NCBI GenBank assembly: GCA_943914555.1
Contig: CALUCM010000004.1
Coordinates: forward strand, 2,137 to 66,136
DNA: 64,000 nucleotides
From: an uncultured Francisella sp.
GTDB taxonomy: Bacteria > Pseudomonadota > Gammaproteobacteria > Burkholderiales > Neisseriaceae
Reading direction: 5' to 3'
This document shows positions 1 to 10,315 of the stretch, one piece after another (the stretch's first letter is position 1; every line of letters begins with the position of its first letter). The translations under genes were made by a program, and so were the position numbers. The notes beneath the pieces were generated by a model, which was not told the origin of the DNA, did no database searches, and saw nothing but the letters and a program-made list of their open reading frames with translations.

Positions 1-1157
1 AAAGTAAACCCTTTATTGCTTTCTCCTTCTTTAGGTACTTTAGGTAGTCGAAAAATATCAGTACTACCCAAGCCAAGAGCCTCTCTTGCACGGCGAGTTA
101 AGTTACGACCAATGATCAAATTAATTCGACCACCTGCCTGCACTTCATCCAATAATACCTCAGACTTTAATTGAAAATGGGCAACTGTTTTACCTGCTTT
201 ATTAACCTTCCCTTCGTAAGGATAAATATCAATCACATCCCCCATAACCAGCTGACTCACATCAACTTCAATTGGTAAAGCACCTGAATCTTCTTGGGTA
301 TTAAAAAAAATAGGAGCAATTTTGCCACCTAGGCAAATACCACCTGTTCTTTTATTGGGAACATAAGGAATATCTTCACCAGTGTGCCATACTAAAGAAT
401 TTGTGGCCGATTTACGACTAGAACCAGTACCAACCACATCTCCTACATAAGCAATAGGATGTCCTTTCTTTTTAAGTGTTTCAATTTTGGATAACGGCCC
501 TACTCTACCTGGTTCATCAGGTTGAATTCCAGGACGCTCATTTTTTAACATTGCTAAAGCATGTAGCGGAATATCAGGTCGGCTCCAAGCATCCGGTGCT
601 GGCGATAAATCATCAGTATTAGTTTCACCATCTACTTTAAATACTGTCACCGTAATTTTTTCTGGTACTTTTTCACGAGAAGTAAACCATTGGGCATGGG
701 CCCAAGAGTCCATAACTTCCTTGGCAAATACGTTGCCTGCTTTCATCTTTCTTTTGATCTGATCAAAACTATCAAAAATAAGTAAAGTCTTTTTCAATGC
801 ATTAGCTGCAGCTTGACCCAACTCTTTATCGTCTAACAAATCAACCAATGGAGTGACATTATAACCACCTAACATAGTCCCCAATAGCTGGGTTGCGTGC
901 TCTGGGGTAATTAACTCAGACGACACTTCCTTTTTCGCCAGCTGATTTAAAAATTCTGCTTTGACCTTAGCTGCATCATCCACCCCTGGTGGAACTCGCT
1001 CAGTCAATAAATAGAGTAATTCTTTGCCTGTTTGCTCATTAATTCCTTTTTGCTGCAAAGCACTAACGACTTCAGTCACATCATTAGCAGTTAAAGGCAA
1101 GGGAGGGATTCCAAGTACTTTTCTTTCTTCGGCTTGTTCCTTATATTTTTTTAACAT
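1..1157 (-). CDS. acnB: Aconitate hydratase B, N-terminal part only (the gene runs off the window start)
   Basis: The minus-strand translation from the ATG at 1157 reads MLKKYKEQAEERKVLGIPPLPLTANDVTEVV...TVTVFKVDGETNTDDLSPAPDAWSRPDIPLHALAMLKN. This matches the E. coli AcnB N-terminus almost residue for residue, including the TVTVFKV.GETNTDDLSPAPDAWSRPDIPLHALAML block. Confidence 0.85.
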   Translation of the reverse strand, partial: MLKKYKEQAEERKVLGIPPLPLTANDVTEVVSALQQKGINEQTGKELLYLLTERVPPGVDDAAKVKAEFLNQLAKKEVSSELITPEHATQLLGTMLGGYNVTPLVDLLDDKELGQAAANALKKTLLIFDSFDQIKRKMKAGNVFAKEVMDSWAHAQWFTSREKVPEKITVTVFKVDGETNTDDLSPAPDAWSRPDIPLHALAMLKNERPGIQPDEPGRVGPLSKIETLKKKGHPIAYVGDVVGTGSSRKSATNSLVWHTGEDIPYVPNKRTGGICLGGKIAPIFFNTQEDSGALPIEVDVSQLVMGDVIDIYPYEGKVNKAGKTVAHFQLKSEVLLDEVQAGGRINLIIGRNLTRRAREALGLGSTDIFRLPKVPKEGESNKGFT

Positions 1158-1323
1158 GATTTTTCTCTCAATTTATATAGTGTGTTAGGGTTGGCTTCAC
1201 ACCGACTAAAATAACGCTGTTCGTATACTCTAGATTATGTAGTTGAGGTCAAAACTAGTTTCACTCTCTAACCTAATATTATAGCATATAGTGCAGACAA
1301 GCGTTTGAATACCTACACCCTCT

Positions 1324-2733
1324 TTAGTTGATCTTTACGGCATTATGTGACAAAACTTCTTTCCATCTTTCAATTTGTAAATTAACTTGATGCGGGGAAG
1401 TGCCACCTAAGTGATTACGCATTTTCAAACTACCTTCCGGAGATAACACATCATAAACATCTTTATCGATTAATTCGCTTTGTGCTTGCAATAAATCAAG
1501 AGGTAACTCTGCCAAATCACAATGTCTTACTTCTGCCTCTTTAACGAGCGCAGCGACTACACCGTGACTGTCTCGAAAAGGCAAACCTTTCTTCACCAAA
1601 TAGTCTGCCAAATCAGTGGCAGTCGCATGCCCTTGCAAAACAGCTTGACGCATATTAGGCACATGACTACGAATACTCATCACCATATCCGCATAAACAC
1701 TAAGGCTTTGTAATACTGTATCTACAGTGTCAAAAAGAGGTTCTTTATCTTCTTGATTGTCTTTATTATAAGCCAAGGGTTGCGCCTTCATTAAAGTCAA
1801 TAAAGCAACTAGATAGCCAATGACCCGACCACTTTTTCCTCGAACCATTTCTGCAACATCAGGATTTTTCTTTTGCGGCATGATACTAGAGCCGGTACAA
1901 AAACGATCTGCTATTTCGATGAAATTGAAACGAGGGTTCATCCATAAAATAATTTCTTCTGAAAAACGGCTTAAGTGCAACATAATAAGGCTAGCAGTAC
2001 TAGTAAATTCAATGGCAAAATCTCGATCTGAAACCGCATCCAAAGAATTTTGGCAGATACGCTCAAAGCCAAGTAACTGAGCTGTTTTCTCTCGATCAAT
2101 AGGAAAAGTCGTACCTGCTAAAGCGGCAGCGCCTAAAGGCATGGTGTTAATTCTCTTTCTACAATCAAGCAAACGTTCTCTATCACGAGCAAACATCTCC
2201 ACATAAGCCAATAGATGATGAGCAAAACTTACGGGTTGCGCTACTTGTAAATGAGTAAAGCCTGGCATAATCGTATCAACATTTTTTTCCGCCACAATAA
2301 GCAAAGATTGCTGTAACCGTATCAAAGCTTGCTCAATTTGATCTACCGCATCTCGTAACCATAAACGTAAATCAGTAGCCACTTGATCATTACGGCTTCT
2401 ACCAGTGTGTACATGTTTCCCAGGTTCTCCAATGGCATTAATTAAGGCTTTTTCGAGGTTCATATGAACATCTTCTAAATCTGTTGACCAAGGAAATGCT
2501 CCATCTGACACTTGTTGCAAAAGATCGTTAAAACCCTTTTTAATTTCCTGCCATTGTTGTCTATCGATAATACCCTGCTGGGCTAGCATTTGTGCATGTG
2601 CTAGCGACCCCATAATATCGACTTTTGCTAAGCGCTTGTCAAAATGGATAGATGCCGTATATTCCTTAACAAATTCATCGACTGGCTCATCAAAACGCTC
2701 TGACCACTTTTTGTTGGTTTTATGCTCGCTCAT
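1324..2733 (-). CDS. argH: Argininosuccinate lyase
   Basis: 469 aa with the fumarate-lyase signature [12 protein letters not shown] and an N-terminus WSERF that matches E. coli ArgH WGGRF. Confidence 0.92.
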   Translation of the reverse strand: MSEHKTNKKWSERFDEPVDEFVKEYTASIHFDKRLAKVDIMGSLAHAQMLAQQGIIDRQQWQEIKKGFNDLLQQVSDGAFPWSTDLEDVHMNLEKALINAIGEPGKHVHTGRSRNDQVATDLRLWLRDAVDQIEQALIRLQQSLLIVAEKNVDTIMPGFTHLQVAQPVSFAHHLLAYVEMFARDRERLLDCRKRINTMPLGAAALAGTTFPIDREKTAQLLGFERICQNSLDAVSDRDFAIEFTSTASLIMLHLSRFSEEIILWMNPRFNFIEIADRFCTGSSIMPQKKNPDVAEMVRGKSGRVIGYLVALLTLMKAQPLAYNKDNQEDKEPLFDTVDTVLQSLSVYADMVMSIRSHVPNMRQAVLQGHATATDLADYLVKKGLPFRDSHGVVAALVKEAEVRHCDLAELPLDLLQAQSELIDKDVYDVLSPEGSLKMRNHLGGTSPHQVNLQIERWKEVLSHNAVKIN

Positions 2734-3828
2734 TTTATTGTTCCTATAATTTTATTAGAATATAACCGGTTATCACACGATTATATTGCAATGTTTCTCT
2801 CGAGAAAAAGTTGGTTCCAACTTCCTGATTTTAGGAATTTAAGCACAATCATTCAGCTGATTAGCCTATCAATATCGCTGATATTTGTCTTAGCGATGCT
2901 TGAAAAGTTTAAATTTGGCGGAAATTATCGCGCTTATCTGGCCGATGTTGCTATTTGGCTATCTCCAGCTACTTTAATGAACATTAGCTTGTTGATGATG
3001 GGCAACAATTTCTTTTCTCGCATCAGGCTTTTTTCCTATATCAAGGGTTATCTTGTTCTTATTTTAGTTATAGTCAACGTTGTTAACTATATTTTTTACA
3101 AGTACTTAGCTACCCCAGTTACTGCTAGTCCTGCTTATTTTGTAGTGCTTAATTTTTTCTATTTAATTTGGGCGCGCTATCATACCATTATCAAACAAAG
3201 CGTTGCACCTGCGTCAATTGAAGCTAAATTAGTGGCACTTAATTCTGCAATCCGCCCTCATTTTTTATTTAATAGTATTAATTCAGCGATCAGCCTAATC
3301 AAAACCAGACCAGAAGACGCCGAAGAAATTTTACAAAATATGGCGGATTTGTTTCGTGCAATGCTTAATAGTAAGCAGCAAAGTACACTAGGAGAAGAAT
3401 TAACATTAGTCAAAGATTATTTAAATATAGAAACAATCCGCTTGGGCAAACAGCGGATACAAGTCAATTGGCAAGTTAACGCTCCCAAGAATACAGTAAC
3501 ACCTTATTTTTTTCTGCAACCTCTTTTGGAAAATGCTATTTACCATGGTGTAGAAAATCTCATTCATCCTGAGCCAATTTTAGTTAAGATCTATCGCAGT
3601 GGTAGTTGGATTTATGTTTATGTTAAAAATCAAAGAGGTAAAGAAAGACTGCGTAATAGCGGGAATAAAAAAGCTTTGAAAAATCTAGATGAACGCCTAT
3701 TTTTAATGTTTTCTCAAGATGCTAAGTTGCACTATTTCAAAAGCGGTAACTACTTTATCGTTAAGATACGGCTGCCTTATTACACCACAGCGCCCAAAGT
3801 TAACATTTCTTCCCACATTGAAGAATAA
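2722..3828 (+). CDS. LytS/AlgZ(FimS)-family sensor histidine kinase (PF06580 His_kinase plus HATPase_c), 4-5 TM N-terminal region
   Basis: It has the [17 protein letters not shown]-box typical of the LytS/AlgZ family and the [15 protein letters not shown]-box. The ORF start overlaps the divergent argH start by 12 nt, so the real start is probably the internal Met at 2791 (MFLSRKSW). Confidence 0.75.
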   Translation: MLAHFIVPIILLEYNRLSHDYIAMFLSRKSWFQLPDFRNLSTIIQLISLSISLIFVLAMLEKFKFGGNYRAYLADVAIWLSPATLMNISLLMMGNNFFSRIRLFSYIKGYLVLILVIVNVVNYIFYKYLATPVTASPAYFVVLNFFYLIWARYHTIIKQSVAPASIEAKLVALNSAIRPHFLFNSINSAISLIKTRPEDAEEILQNMADLFRAMLNSKQQSTLGEELTLVKDYLNIETIRLGKQRIQVNWQVNAPKNTVTPYFFLQPLLENAIYHGVENLIHPEPILVKIYRSGSWIYVYVKNQRGKERLRNSGNKKALKNLDERLFLMFSQDAKLHYFKSGNYFIVKIRLPYYTTAPKVNISSHIEE

Positions 3829-3873
3829 GCATCAAGCTGTATAATCTTACACTAATCTTTTCAGGATCAGGCT

Positions 3874-5004
3874 ATGAATAACGTACCTAATAATAAACAG
3901 CTACAGGAATTTTCTGTTGTTTATACCGATCGCGCAGTAAACCATATGTCTCAAGAATTCCAACAAGCCATGCGCGATCTCTCCACCCTTTTTAAAACTG
4001 TTTATCATGCTGAGGAAGTAATTTTGATCCCAGGTAGCGGAACAACTGCTATGGAAGCCGTAGCACGGCAGTTTGCTAGAGAAAAAAAGTGCCTGTGTCT
4101 ACGCAATGGTTTTTTTAACTTTCGCTGGAGTCAAATCTTTGCACAAGGCCACATCCCAAATGAGGAATTTGTGCTCAAAGCGCATGCGCTTTCTAGAGAA
4201 AAAAAGGCCAGCTTTCTACCCCCTTCATTAGAAGAAGTAAATAAATGTATTCTTGAGAAAACACCTAATTTAGTCTTTGCAACCCACGTTGAAACGTCCT
4301 CAGGAATAATGCTTTCTGATGAATACATTGCCGCTATTGCAGAAAAAATCCATAGTATGAATGGCTATTTAGTTCTTGATTGCGTTGCTTCAGGCGCCAG
4401 ATGGATCGATATGCAAGCATTAGGGGTTGATATATTAATTACTGCTCCGCAAAAATGTTGGAGTGCACCACCTTCTTGCGGTATTGTACTCTTAAATAAA
4501 ACCATCGGTAGTCAATTAAGCCACACAACAAGCGATAGTTTCGATCTTGATTTGAATCAGTGGTTAAATATTATGCGCGCTTATGAACAAGGTAAATTTG
4601 CTTACTACGCCACCATGCCAACAAATGCCCTAATAGCTCTGCGTAATAGCATGTTAGAAGCGCAAAAAATAGGTTTTTCCTATCTAAAAGATCGCCAACT
4701 AGAGCTAGGAACAAAAGTACGGTCTCTGTTTAAAAGCAAGGGATTTATCTCTGTCGCCGCAGAGCAGGTAGCCTCACCCAGTATTGCAGTATACTATACA
4801 GACGATCCAACCATACAAAACGGCCAAAAATGGCAAGAATATGGTATACAGATTTCTTCCGGTGTTCCACTAAAATGTGGCGAGCAAGAACCTTTTCAAA
4901 CATTTCGTATAGGGTTACTAGGCTGGGACAAATTAAACCATATTGATCAGACAGTAGATACATTAAAGGAAACGTTAAAAGAAATATGCAAAGAGAAAAA
5001 CTAG
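3874..5004 (+). CDS. Class V PLP-dependent aminotransferase (alanine-glyoxylate / serine-pyruvate aminotransferase-like)
   Basis: 376 aa with an AGXT-like architecture and a PLP-lysine context [15 protein letters not shown] resembling human AGXT SGSQKALNAPPGTS. The substrate cannot be assigned from sequence. Confidence 0.7.
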   Translation: MNNVPNNKQLQEFSVVYTDRAVNHMSQEFQQAMRDLSTLFKTVYHAEEVILIPGSGTTAMEAVARQFAREKKCLCLRNGFFNFRWSQIFAQGHIPNEEFVLKAHALSREKKASFLPPSLEEVNKCILEKTPNLVFATHVETSSGIMLSDEYIAAIAEKIHSMNGYLVLDCVASGARWIDMQALGVDILITAPQKCWSAPPSCGIVLLNKTIGSQLSHTTSDSFDLDLNQWLNIMRAYEQGKFAYYATMPTNALIALRNSMLEAQKIGFSYLKDRQLELGTKVRSLFKSKGFISVAAEQVASPSIAVYYTDDPTIQNGQKWQEYGIQISSGVPLKCGEQEPFQTFRIGLLGWDKLNHIDQTVDTLKETLKEICKEKN

Positions 5005-5663
5005 TGCTTCCTGAAGGTCATAGCCATGAAGCTGTATTGTTACATATCTGCTGTGCACCTTGCTCTGCTGAGATTATTGAATCTCTTGCAGATTCGGGGA
5101 TTTCTTTTACAATCTTTTTCTATAACCCGAATATCCATCCAGTTAAGGAGTATGAAACTCGCAAAGAAGAAAGTAAAAATTTTGCCAATTCCCGCCATAT
5201 CCCATTTGTAGATGCTGATTATGACAGTGATCGCTGGTTTAAGCGCACCAAAGGGATGGAGTGGGAGCCTGAGCGGGGCAAACGTTGCACCATATGTTTT
5301 GATATACGTTTAGAAAGAACTGCGTTATTTGCTAAAGAAAATGGTTTTCGTCTATTTGCCACTTCTATGGGCATTTCTCGTTGGAAAAATATGCAGCAAG
5401 TTAATACTTGTGGCTTGCGTGCGGCCTTAGCCTATCCAGATTTGACCTATTGGGATATGAACTGGCGAAAAAAAGGTGGTTCACAACGCATGGTTGAAAT
5501 CAGTAAACGCGAACACTTTTATCAGCAAGAATATTGTGGCTGTATCTATTCTCTGCGCGATAATAATATATGGCGACGCTCTCAGGGAAGAAAAAATATT
5601 GAATTGGGGCAAAAATTTTATACAAATGATTCCTCAACTGAACACATCAATATGAAAAAATAA
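4986..5663 (+). CDS. queH: Epoxyqueuosine reductase QueH (DUF208)
   Basis: It has the [15 protein letters not shown] and EYCGCIYS cysteine motifs characteristic of DUF208/QueH. It overlaps the preceding gene by 19 nt. Confidence 0.72.
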   Translation: MQREKLVLPEGHSHEAVLLHICCAPCSAEIIESLADSGISFTIFFYNPNIHPVKEYETRKEESKNFANSRHIPFVDADYDSDRWFKRTKGMEWEPERGKRCTICFDIRLERTALFAKENGFRLFATSMGISRWKNMQQVNTCGLRAALAYPDLTYWDMNWRKKGGSQRMVEISKREHFYQQEYCGCIYSLRDNNIWRRSQGRKNIELGQKFYTNDSSTEHINMKK

Positions 5664-5676
5664 TAATTCTGCGCAC

Positions 5677-5697
5677 AAAGAGATCGATGATCTCTTT
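5677..5697 (+). terminator. Stem-loop (AAAGAGATC-gat-GATCTCTTT) directly after the queH stop; possible weak terminator
   Basis: A 9-bp perfect inverted repeat with a 3-nt loop lies 14 nt after the queH stop. It is followed by an A-run rather than a U-run, so its function is uncertain. Confidence 0.3.
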
Positions 5698-6010
5698 AAA
5701 AAGCTTGATCAGTTAAGTAGTTAATGATAGAGTGTATATATAGAGCTATTATTCTATTTTGACTATATTTTCCAGTTTCATAAAATGTTATGGGTTGCTG
5801 TAGTAAAGCTTTCTGGCTGGTGCTGTAAAGGCCATTGCTTATAGAAAATTCCTAGCCTTAGTAAACAGCTTTTGTGGTGGTACTTTTGCTAAAAAATAAA
5901 TAAAACAGTAGTATGTGTTTGGCTTAGTAAATCTCACGCTGATTCCAAAATTGCTAAGTTAATATGTTACGGTACCTTTAGCGTTGTTTGAGAAATAAAA
6001 TCTATGGAGG

Positions 6011-6613
6011 TTGTGGTATATGAAAAAATCCCTTGTTTTAGGCACTATCTTACTGATCTCACCGTTATATGTATTTTCAGAAACAGTCAAAATTTCGAAT
6101 GTGCATATTACAGAAAAAATAAAAAATAATTTCATAGGCCCTTCCATCAATATCAACTTTAAAAAAGTCAATATTGATATAACAGCAGATTTTGTGGCTA
6201 AAACTGGTCATATTAATCTTGATGTTTATCCAGAACATGCTGAGATTTCACCACGTGTTCTTGCTTCCTTTATTAAAGGAGGAGAAAATTTCGATGCAAA
6301 AAAGCATAAAACCGTTACCTTTAGAAGCACAAAATTAAATTTCACTAATAATAATCAAATCTCTAGTGTGGCTGGTATCTTAACAGTAAAAGGAATTTCA
6401 ACACCTATTGTGTTTAAGAAAAATTCATTTAAATGTAAGCCGCTTGGTCAAGGGCGAAGCTGTAATATAGACTATACTGCTTCATTAGATAGAACCAAAA
6501 TAGGAATCACCTCTGGCGTTAAACTTGGCCTCTCCAAGCAAACGTCAATTAGATTAACAGCAACTTTCACAGATTCATTAAGTGCTGACTCTTCAACAAA
6601 GACCAAAAAATAA
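6011..6613 (+). CDS. YceI-like periplasmic polyisoprenoid-binding protein
   Basis: It has a signal peptide (MKKSLVLGTILLISPLYVFSE) and the blocks HKTVTFRSTKL and AGILTVKGISTPIVF, which align to E. coli YceI FPTITFKSTKV and GDLTIHGVTKPVTL. The likely start is the ATG at 6020. Confidence 0.65.
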   Translation: MWYMKKSLVLGTILLISPLYVFSETVKISNVHITEKIKNNFIGPSININFKKVNIDITADFVAKTGHINLDVYPEHAEISPRVLASFIKGGENFDAKKHKTVTFRSTKLNFTNNNQISSVAGILTVKGISTPIVFKKNSFKCKPLGQGRSCNIDYTASLDRTKIGITSGVKLGLSKQTSIRLTATFTDSLSADSSTKTKK

Positions 6614-6633
6614 GTAAAATATTGCCCCGAATT

Positions 6634-6661
6634 AAAAAAGGCTAGAGTACTAGCCTTTTTT
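6634..6661. terminator. Bidirectional rho-independent terminator
   Basis: The sequence is AAAAAA-GGCTAG-agta-CTAGCC-TTTTTT: a 6-bp GC-containing stem flanked by an A-run and a T-run. It lies between the yceI-like 3' end at 6613 and the 3' end of the minus-strand small ORF at 6687. Confidence 0.8.
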
Positions 6662-6686
6662 AATTTAACTTAATACTAAGATTTTA

Positions 6687-6928
6687 TTATTGCGCTTGCT
6701 TGGCTAGTTTCTTTACTAGATAACCTCTTAGCCCCTGTTTTCCATCACAAATATGTTGGACTGCTTGCCGTTGCAATTCTAAAGCTTCTTCTTGAAGCTG
6801 CTCTCGGTGCACGCATTCATCATAGCGCTCTAATCCTTCCTGAAATGCAAATGTTCGTGGGAAACAGTGCGGCCGATGCCGAAGAGTAAATCATCAGTCC
6901 GCCCCAAAAATACAACTAGTTTTTTCAT
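6687..6928 (-). pseudogene. Small frameshifted ORF, possibly a decayed gene
   Basis: The ATG at 6928 opens MKKLVVFLGRTDDLLFGIGRTVSHEHLHFRKD*, 32 aa. A second frame continues without a start codon as ...FAFQEGLERYDECVHREQLQEEALELQRQAVQHICDGKQGLRGYLVKKLAKQAQ* to the TAA at 6687. The 242-nt span is not a multiple of 3, which is consistent with a 1-nt indel. Confidence 0.3.
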
Positions 6929-7116
6929 AAGAACACCCCCTTTTGATAAAAACGTTTAGTCACTTCCTGACTACTGCTAAGGCTATAATAGAAAAATAAA
7001 TATCTTGCAACATATCAATGAGCTATGTTTACAATGAAGTCTTTCTGTCTGGGGCATCTGGAACATAAAGGTTATCAAAACATCTGTTCTTTTAATATAA
7101 AATTCTACTGTAACAT

Positions 7117-7794
7117 TTATTTCTCTTTCTTTGCTAAATAATTTTTTAGGCCTTGTTCTCGTAAAAGACAACTAGGACAGCGCTTGCACCCTCCTTGTTT
7201 TCCCTCATAGCAAGTATGGCTGTATTTTTTTACAAACTCCATATAGCCAAGTTGATCAGATAACTCCCAAACAGTTGCTTTATCTAAATACATCAGCGGC
7301 GTTTGGATGGTAAACACTTGATCCATCGCTAAATTAATACTGGCATTGATACTGCGAATAAACCCTTCACGACAATCAGGATAACCACTATAATCTGCCT
7401 GGCTAACACCAATAATGATATTAGCAATATTCATCTGATAAGCATAGATGGCAGTATATAAAATAAAAAGTGCATTTCTGCCAGGAACAAAAGTATTGGG
7501 ATAGCTTGCACCTTGAGATTGATTAATTTTTATCTCTTGGTTCATCAATGCGTTCTCAGTTAGCCCAGATAATTCTTCTAAAGCGATAATACGGTGGTGT
7601 TTAACTCCCAATCTCTGACAAATATCAAGAGAGCACTGCAGCTCTATCTCATGGCGTTGACCATAACGAAAGCTTAGAGCATGTACTTGCTCCAATCCAT
7701 AACGTGCAATTGCCTGCACCAGACAAGTAGTAGAATCTTGCCCTCCTGAAAAAATAACAACGACAGATTGCTGATCTAAAGTTTTATTGCTCAT
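7117..7794 (-). CDS. queC: 7-cyano-7-deazaguanine synthase
   Basis: It has the SVVVIFSGGQDSTTCL PP-loop and the C-terminal CxxC Zn motif (CKRCPSC). Start is taken as the internal ATG at 7794 (MSNKTLDQQ); the longer ORF overlaps phoR. Confidence 0.88.
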   Translation of the reverse strand: MSNKTLDQQSVVVIFSGGQDSTTCLVQAIARYGLEQVHALSFRYGQRHEIELQCSLDICQRLGVKHHRIIALEELSGLTENALMNQEIKINQSQGASYPNTFVPGRNALFILYTAIYAYQMNIANIIIGVSQADYSGYPDCREGFIRSINASINLAMDQVFTIQTPLMYLDKATVWELSDQLGYMEFVKKYSHTCYEGKQGGCKRCPSCLLREQGLKNYLAKKEK

Positions 7795-9007
7795 AAGCTG
7801 GTAAATAAAATTTAAAAAGACTCCCCTGACCTGGCTCACTCTCTATTAAAAGTTGAGAGCCATGTTTCTTCAAAGCATGACTAACAATAGCTAAGCCCAA
7901 ACCTGAACCTCCATGTGAAGTACGCTGACGTGCTGAATCAACCATATAAAATCGTTCAGTTAAATGGTTTAAATGCTCTTTACCAATCCCTACCCCATTA
8001 TCTTGAATGGCAAATAAGGCAAATGTTTTAGCACCTTGTTCCACTTTCTGCCAGCGAATCTCTATCTCACTAAGTTTGGGATTATGCTCTATTGCATTGT
8101 AAATTAAGTTGGAAACACATTCATTTAAAAGTTTGGGATATCCCTGCACCACTAACTCATCGTCCAAGTACAAGCGAATAATATGTTTTTTTCCTTTTCT
8201 AATTTGTAATTCATCATAGATAGAATAGATGATATCTGGCATGTCAACCACTTCTAAAGTTTCAGAATATAGATTATCTTCAATTCTCGCCAAAGTTAAC
8301 AGTTGCTCCACCATGCTAAGCAAACGATTAACCTGTTTTTGCATACTTTTATAAGGTTTTAAATCAGTCTTATCATGCTTGACAGCTTTTTTCTGATTCT
8401 CTAGGATCTCGATGTAACCTTGCAGTACTGTCAAAGGAACGCGTAATTCGTGGCTAATATTTGCAAAAAGACGTTTTCTGGTATTTTCATACAAAACTCT
8501 TTCAGAAATATCAGTAAAGTAAATAAGTGAAAAATGCTTGACTGATAACGGATGGATGACGTATTCAAGGTGAAGTTCAGGGCTCAGCTCAAGCAAACCT
8601 TGTCTCTGCTTAGGATCAATAAGAGCTTGCTTTAAAATTTCTTGACTAATTAAAGGAAAAATAGTTAGAGAATTCTTGCTGCCTTTCAAATTGAAATAGT
8701 TCTTGATCTTTTTATTGCGCCAGATTACCTTCCCTTGCTCATCAGTAAAACAGACAGCAACTGGTAATTCTTTGATTGCTAACATCATTTTTTTTAATAT
8801 ACGAATGTAATTAGGCTCTAATACTAACCAGTGATAAATAAAACTATGCGTCATGCTTATGATAAAAAAAGCAACAAAAAAACTAAGTGCCAGACTATAT
8901 GTAAAATAATAAAGTATCAGCATTAAAAAAATCAGTATAATGCTCAACTTAAGTATAAGTTCAGTTTTTGACCAGTCACTTGTTAGCTTAAAGTGTCTTT
9001 TTTCCAT
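7784..9007 (-). CDS. phoR: Phosphate regulon sensor histidine kinase PhoR
   Basis: It has two N-terminal TM segments and the H-box [21 protein letters not shown] (E. coli [23 protein letters not shown]). IEIRWQKV and [27 protein letters not shown] are near-identical to the E. coli PhoR blocks. Confidence 0.88.
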   Translation of the reverse strand: [407 protein letters not shown]

Positions 9008-9008
9008 A

Positions 9009-9788
9009 TTATCTTGAAATGTTCGAAAATCGATAACCCTTTCCTCTGATTGTCTGCAATAACTGATCGTGCCCTGTCTGAGCCAAAATCTTTTTTAAAC
9101 GCCCCACGCTGACATCTACAGTGCGCGGAGCTACAAAGGTATGTACCCCCCAAACACCATCTAACAGCTCTTCTCGGGTAAAAACTTGATCAGGATAAGT
9201 CATAAAAAATAAGAGCAGCTTAAATTCAATACGCCTAATCTGGATCATCTTATGGTCTATTAGTACCCGGTGAGCCACCGGATCTATAGTAATACCGCCA
9301 TACTTTACTAGACTATTTTTTATATTATTTTTTGACTCAATACCACTGCGACGCAAATGAGCTTGAATGCGCGCCAATAGTTCTCTTAAAACCACCGGTT
9401 TAGTTAAGTAGTCATCTGCACCAGCATCTAGCCCTGTAATCCGATCATCAACTTCAACTTTAGCACTCAATATAATCACTGGAACATTTTTCCGACGAGG
9501 ATTTTTTTTGATTTCATGTAATAAATCGATACCATTAAGCACTTGATTAACTGGCTTACCATCGCCTATCGGTATCATCCAATCTAAGATAATAAGATTA
9601 ATACGTTTTTCTGAATTAATAAGAACTTCTGCTTCTAAATAATTACTTGCTTTTAATACACGGTATTTTCGACTATTCAAATATACCGCAATCATATCAC
9701 GAATATTTTTTTCATCTTCTATAATTAAAATACTTTCAACCAACTGCACTTTATCCTGATGATCTATTTTATTTCGTTTATTAGCCAT
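9009..9788 (-). CDS. phoB: Phosphate regulon response regulator PhoB (OmpR family)
   Basis: ILDWMIP, GADDYLTKP, EFKLLLFFMTYPDQVFTREELL...VWG...RTVDV and RGKGYRF align block for block with E. coli PhoB. The N-terminus is longer than in E. coli, so the start is uncertain. Confidence 0.88.
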   Translation of the reverse strand: MANKRNKIDHQDKVQLVESILIIEDEKNIRDMIAVYLNSRKYRVLKASNYLEAEVLINSEKRINLIILDWMIPIGDGKPVNQVLNGIDLLHEIKKNPRRKNVPVIILSAKVEVDDRITGLDAGADDYLTKPVVLRELLARIQAHLRRSGIESKNNIKNSLVKYGGITIDPVAHRVLIDHKMIQIRRIEFKLLLFFMTYPDQVFTREELLDGVWGVHTFVAPRTVDVSVGRLKKILAQTGHDQLLQTIRGKGYRFSNISR

Positions 9789-10315
9789 ATTAGTCCTATT
9801 GTATATAAAGCAGCGATAATATCATCAATCATAATGCCTAAACCTCCGCCCAAATTTGCATCAATCTGGCGTATTGGAAAAGGTTTTCTAATATCAAAGA
9901 ACCGAAACAAAATAAAAGAAAGACACCACCAATACCAAGTTGCAACAGGTAGCAAAGACAAAATAAGCCACATAGCTGCAATTTCATCTATCACAATACC
10001 TGAATAATCTTCCACACCCAAGATTCGGCTGGTTCTATTTGAACTCCATAACCCCAATAGAAAAGTGAATAAACTAAGTAGTAAGAGGAACCCATGCTGA
10101 CCCAAATTTAATTGGTTTAATATAGCAGCAATGACTAAAGCCGCAAAACTGCCAATTGTTCCTGGCATAATGTGGGATAAACCAATACCGCAACCAAAGG
10201 CTAATAATGCAGCAGGCTGCCTGATTAGCCAAGAAAAACGAATCGGAAAATTAATCGACCGCGGTATTTTCTTCAAAATGATCAAAACCCTTGTGTGAAT
10301 ACCACAGTGGCTCAT
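9764..10315 (-). CDS. pgpA: Phosphatidylglycerophosphatase A
   Basis: FGCGIGLSHIMPGTIGS, WYWWCLSFILFRFFDIRKPFPIR and GGLGIMIDDIIA match E. coli PgpA. The 5' end overlaps thiL, so the start is uncertain. Confidence 0.8.
   Translation of the reverse strand: MSHCGIHTRVLIILKKIPRSINFPIRFSWLIRQPAALLAFGCGIGLSHIMPGTIGSFAALVIAAILNQLNLGQHGFLLLLSLFTFLLGLWSSNRTSRILGVEDYSGIVIDEIAAMWLILSLLPVATWYWWCLSFILFRFFDIRKPFPIRQIDANLGGGLGIMIDDIIAALYTIGLIWLINEIK

Noticed and set aside
1522-2080. Plus-strand ORFs 1522-1713 and 1820-2080 inside argH
   Set aside because: Both are antisense to a well-supported argH CDS. Their translations are low-complexity with no recognisable motifs, so I treat them as spurious.
4131-5211. 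Small ORFs 4131-4328(-), 4745-4963(-) and 5026-5211(+) inside the aminotransferase and queH genes
   Set aside because: They are antisense or off-frame within strongly supported CDSs and have no motifs.
6930-7116. preQ1 riboswitch near queC or queH
   Set aside because: The region is downstream of queC, which is on the minus strand. The queC 5' side is occupied by phoR, and no preQ1-I/II-like pseudoknot sequence was seen upstream of queH either.
9759-10007. ORF 9759-10007(+) within the phoB/pgpA region
   Set aside because: It is antisense to pgpA and the phoB 5' end, both of which have clear homology.
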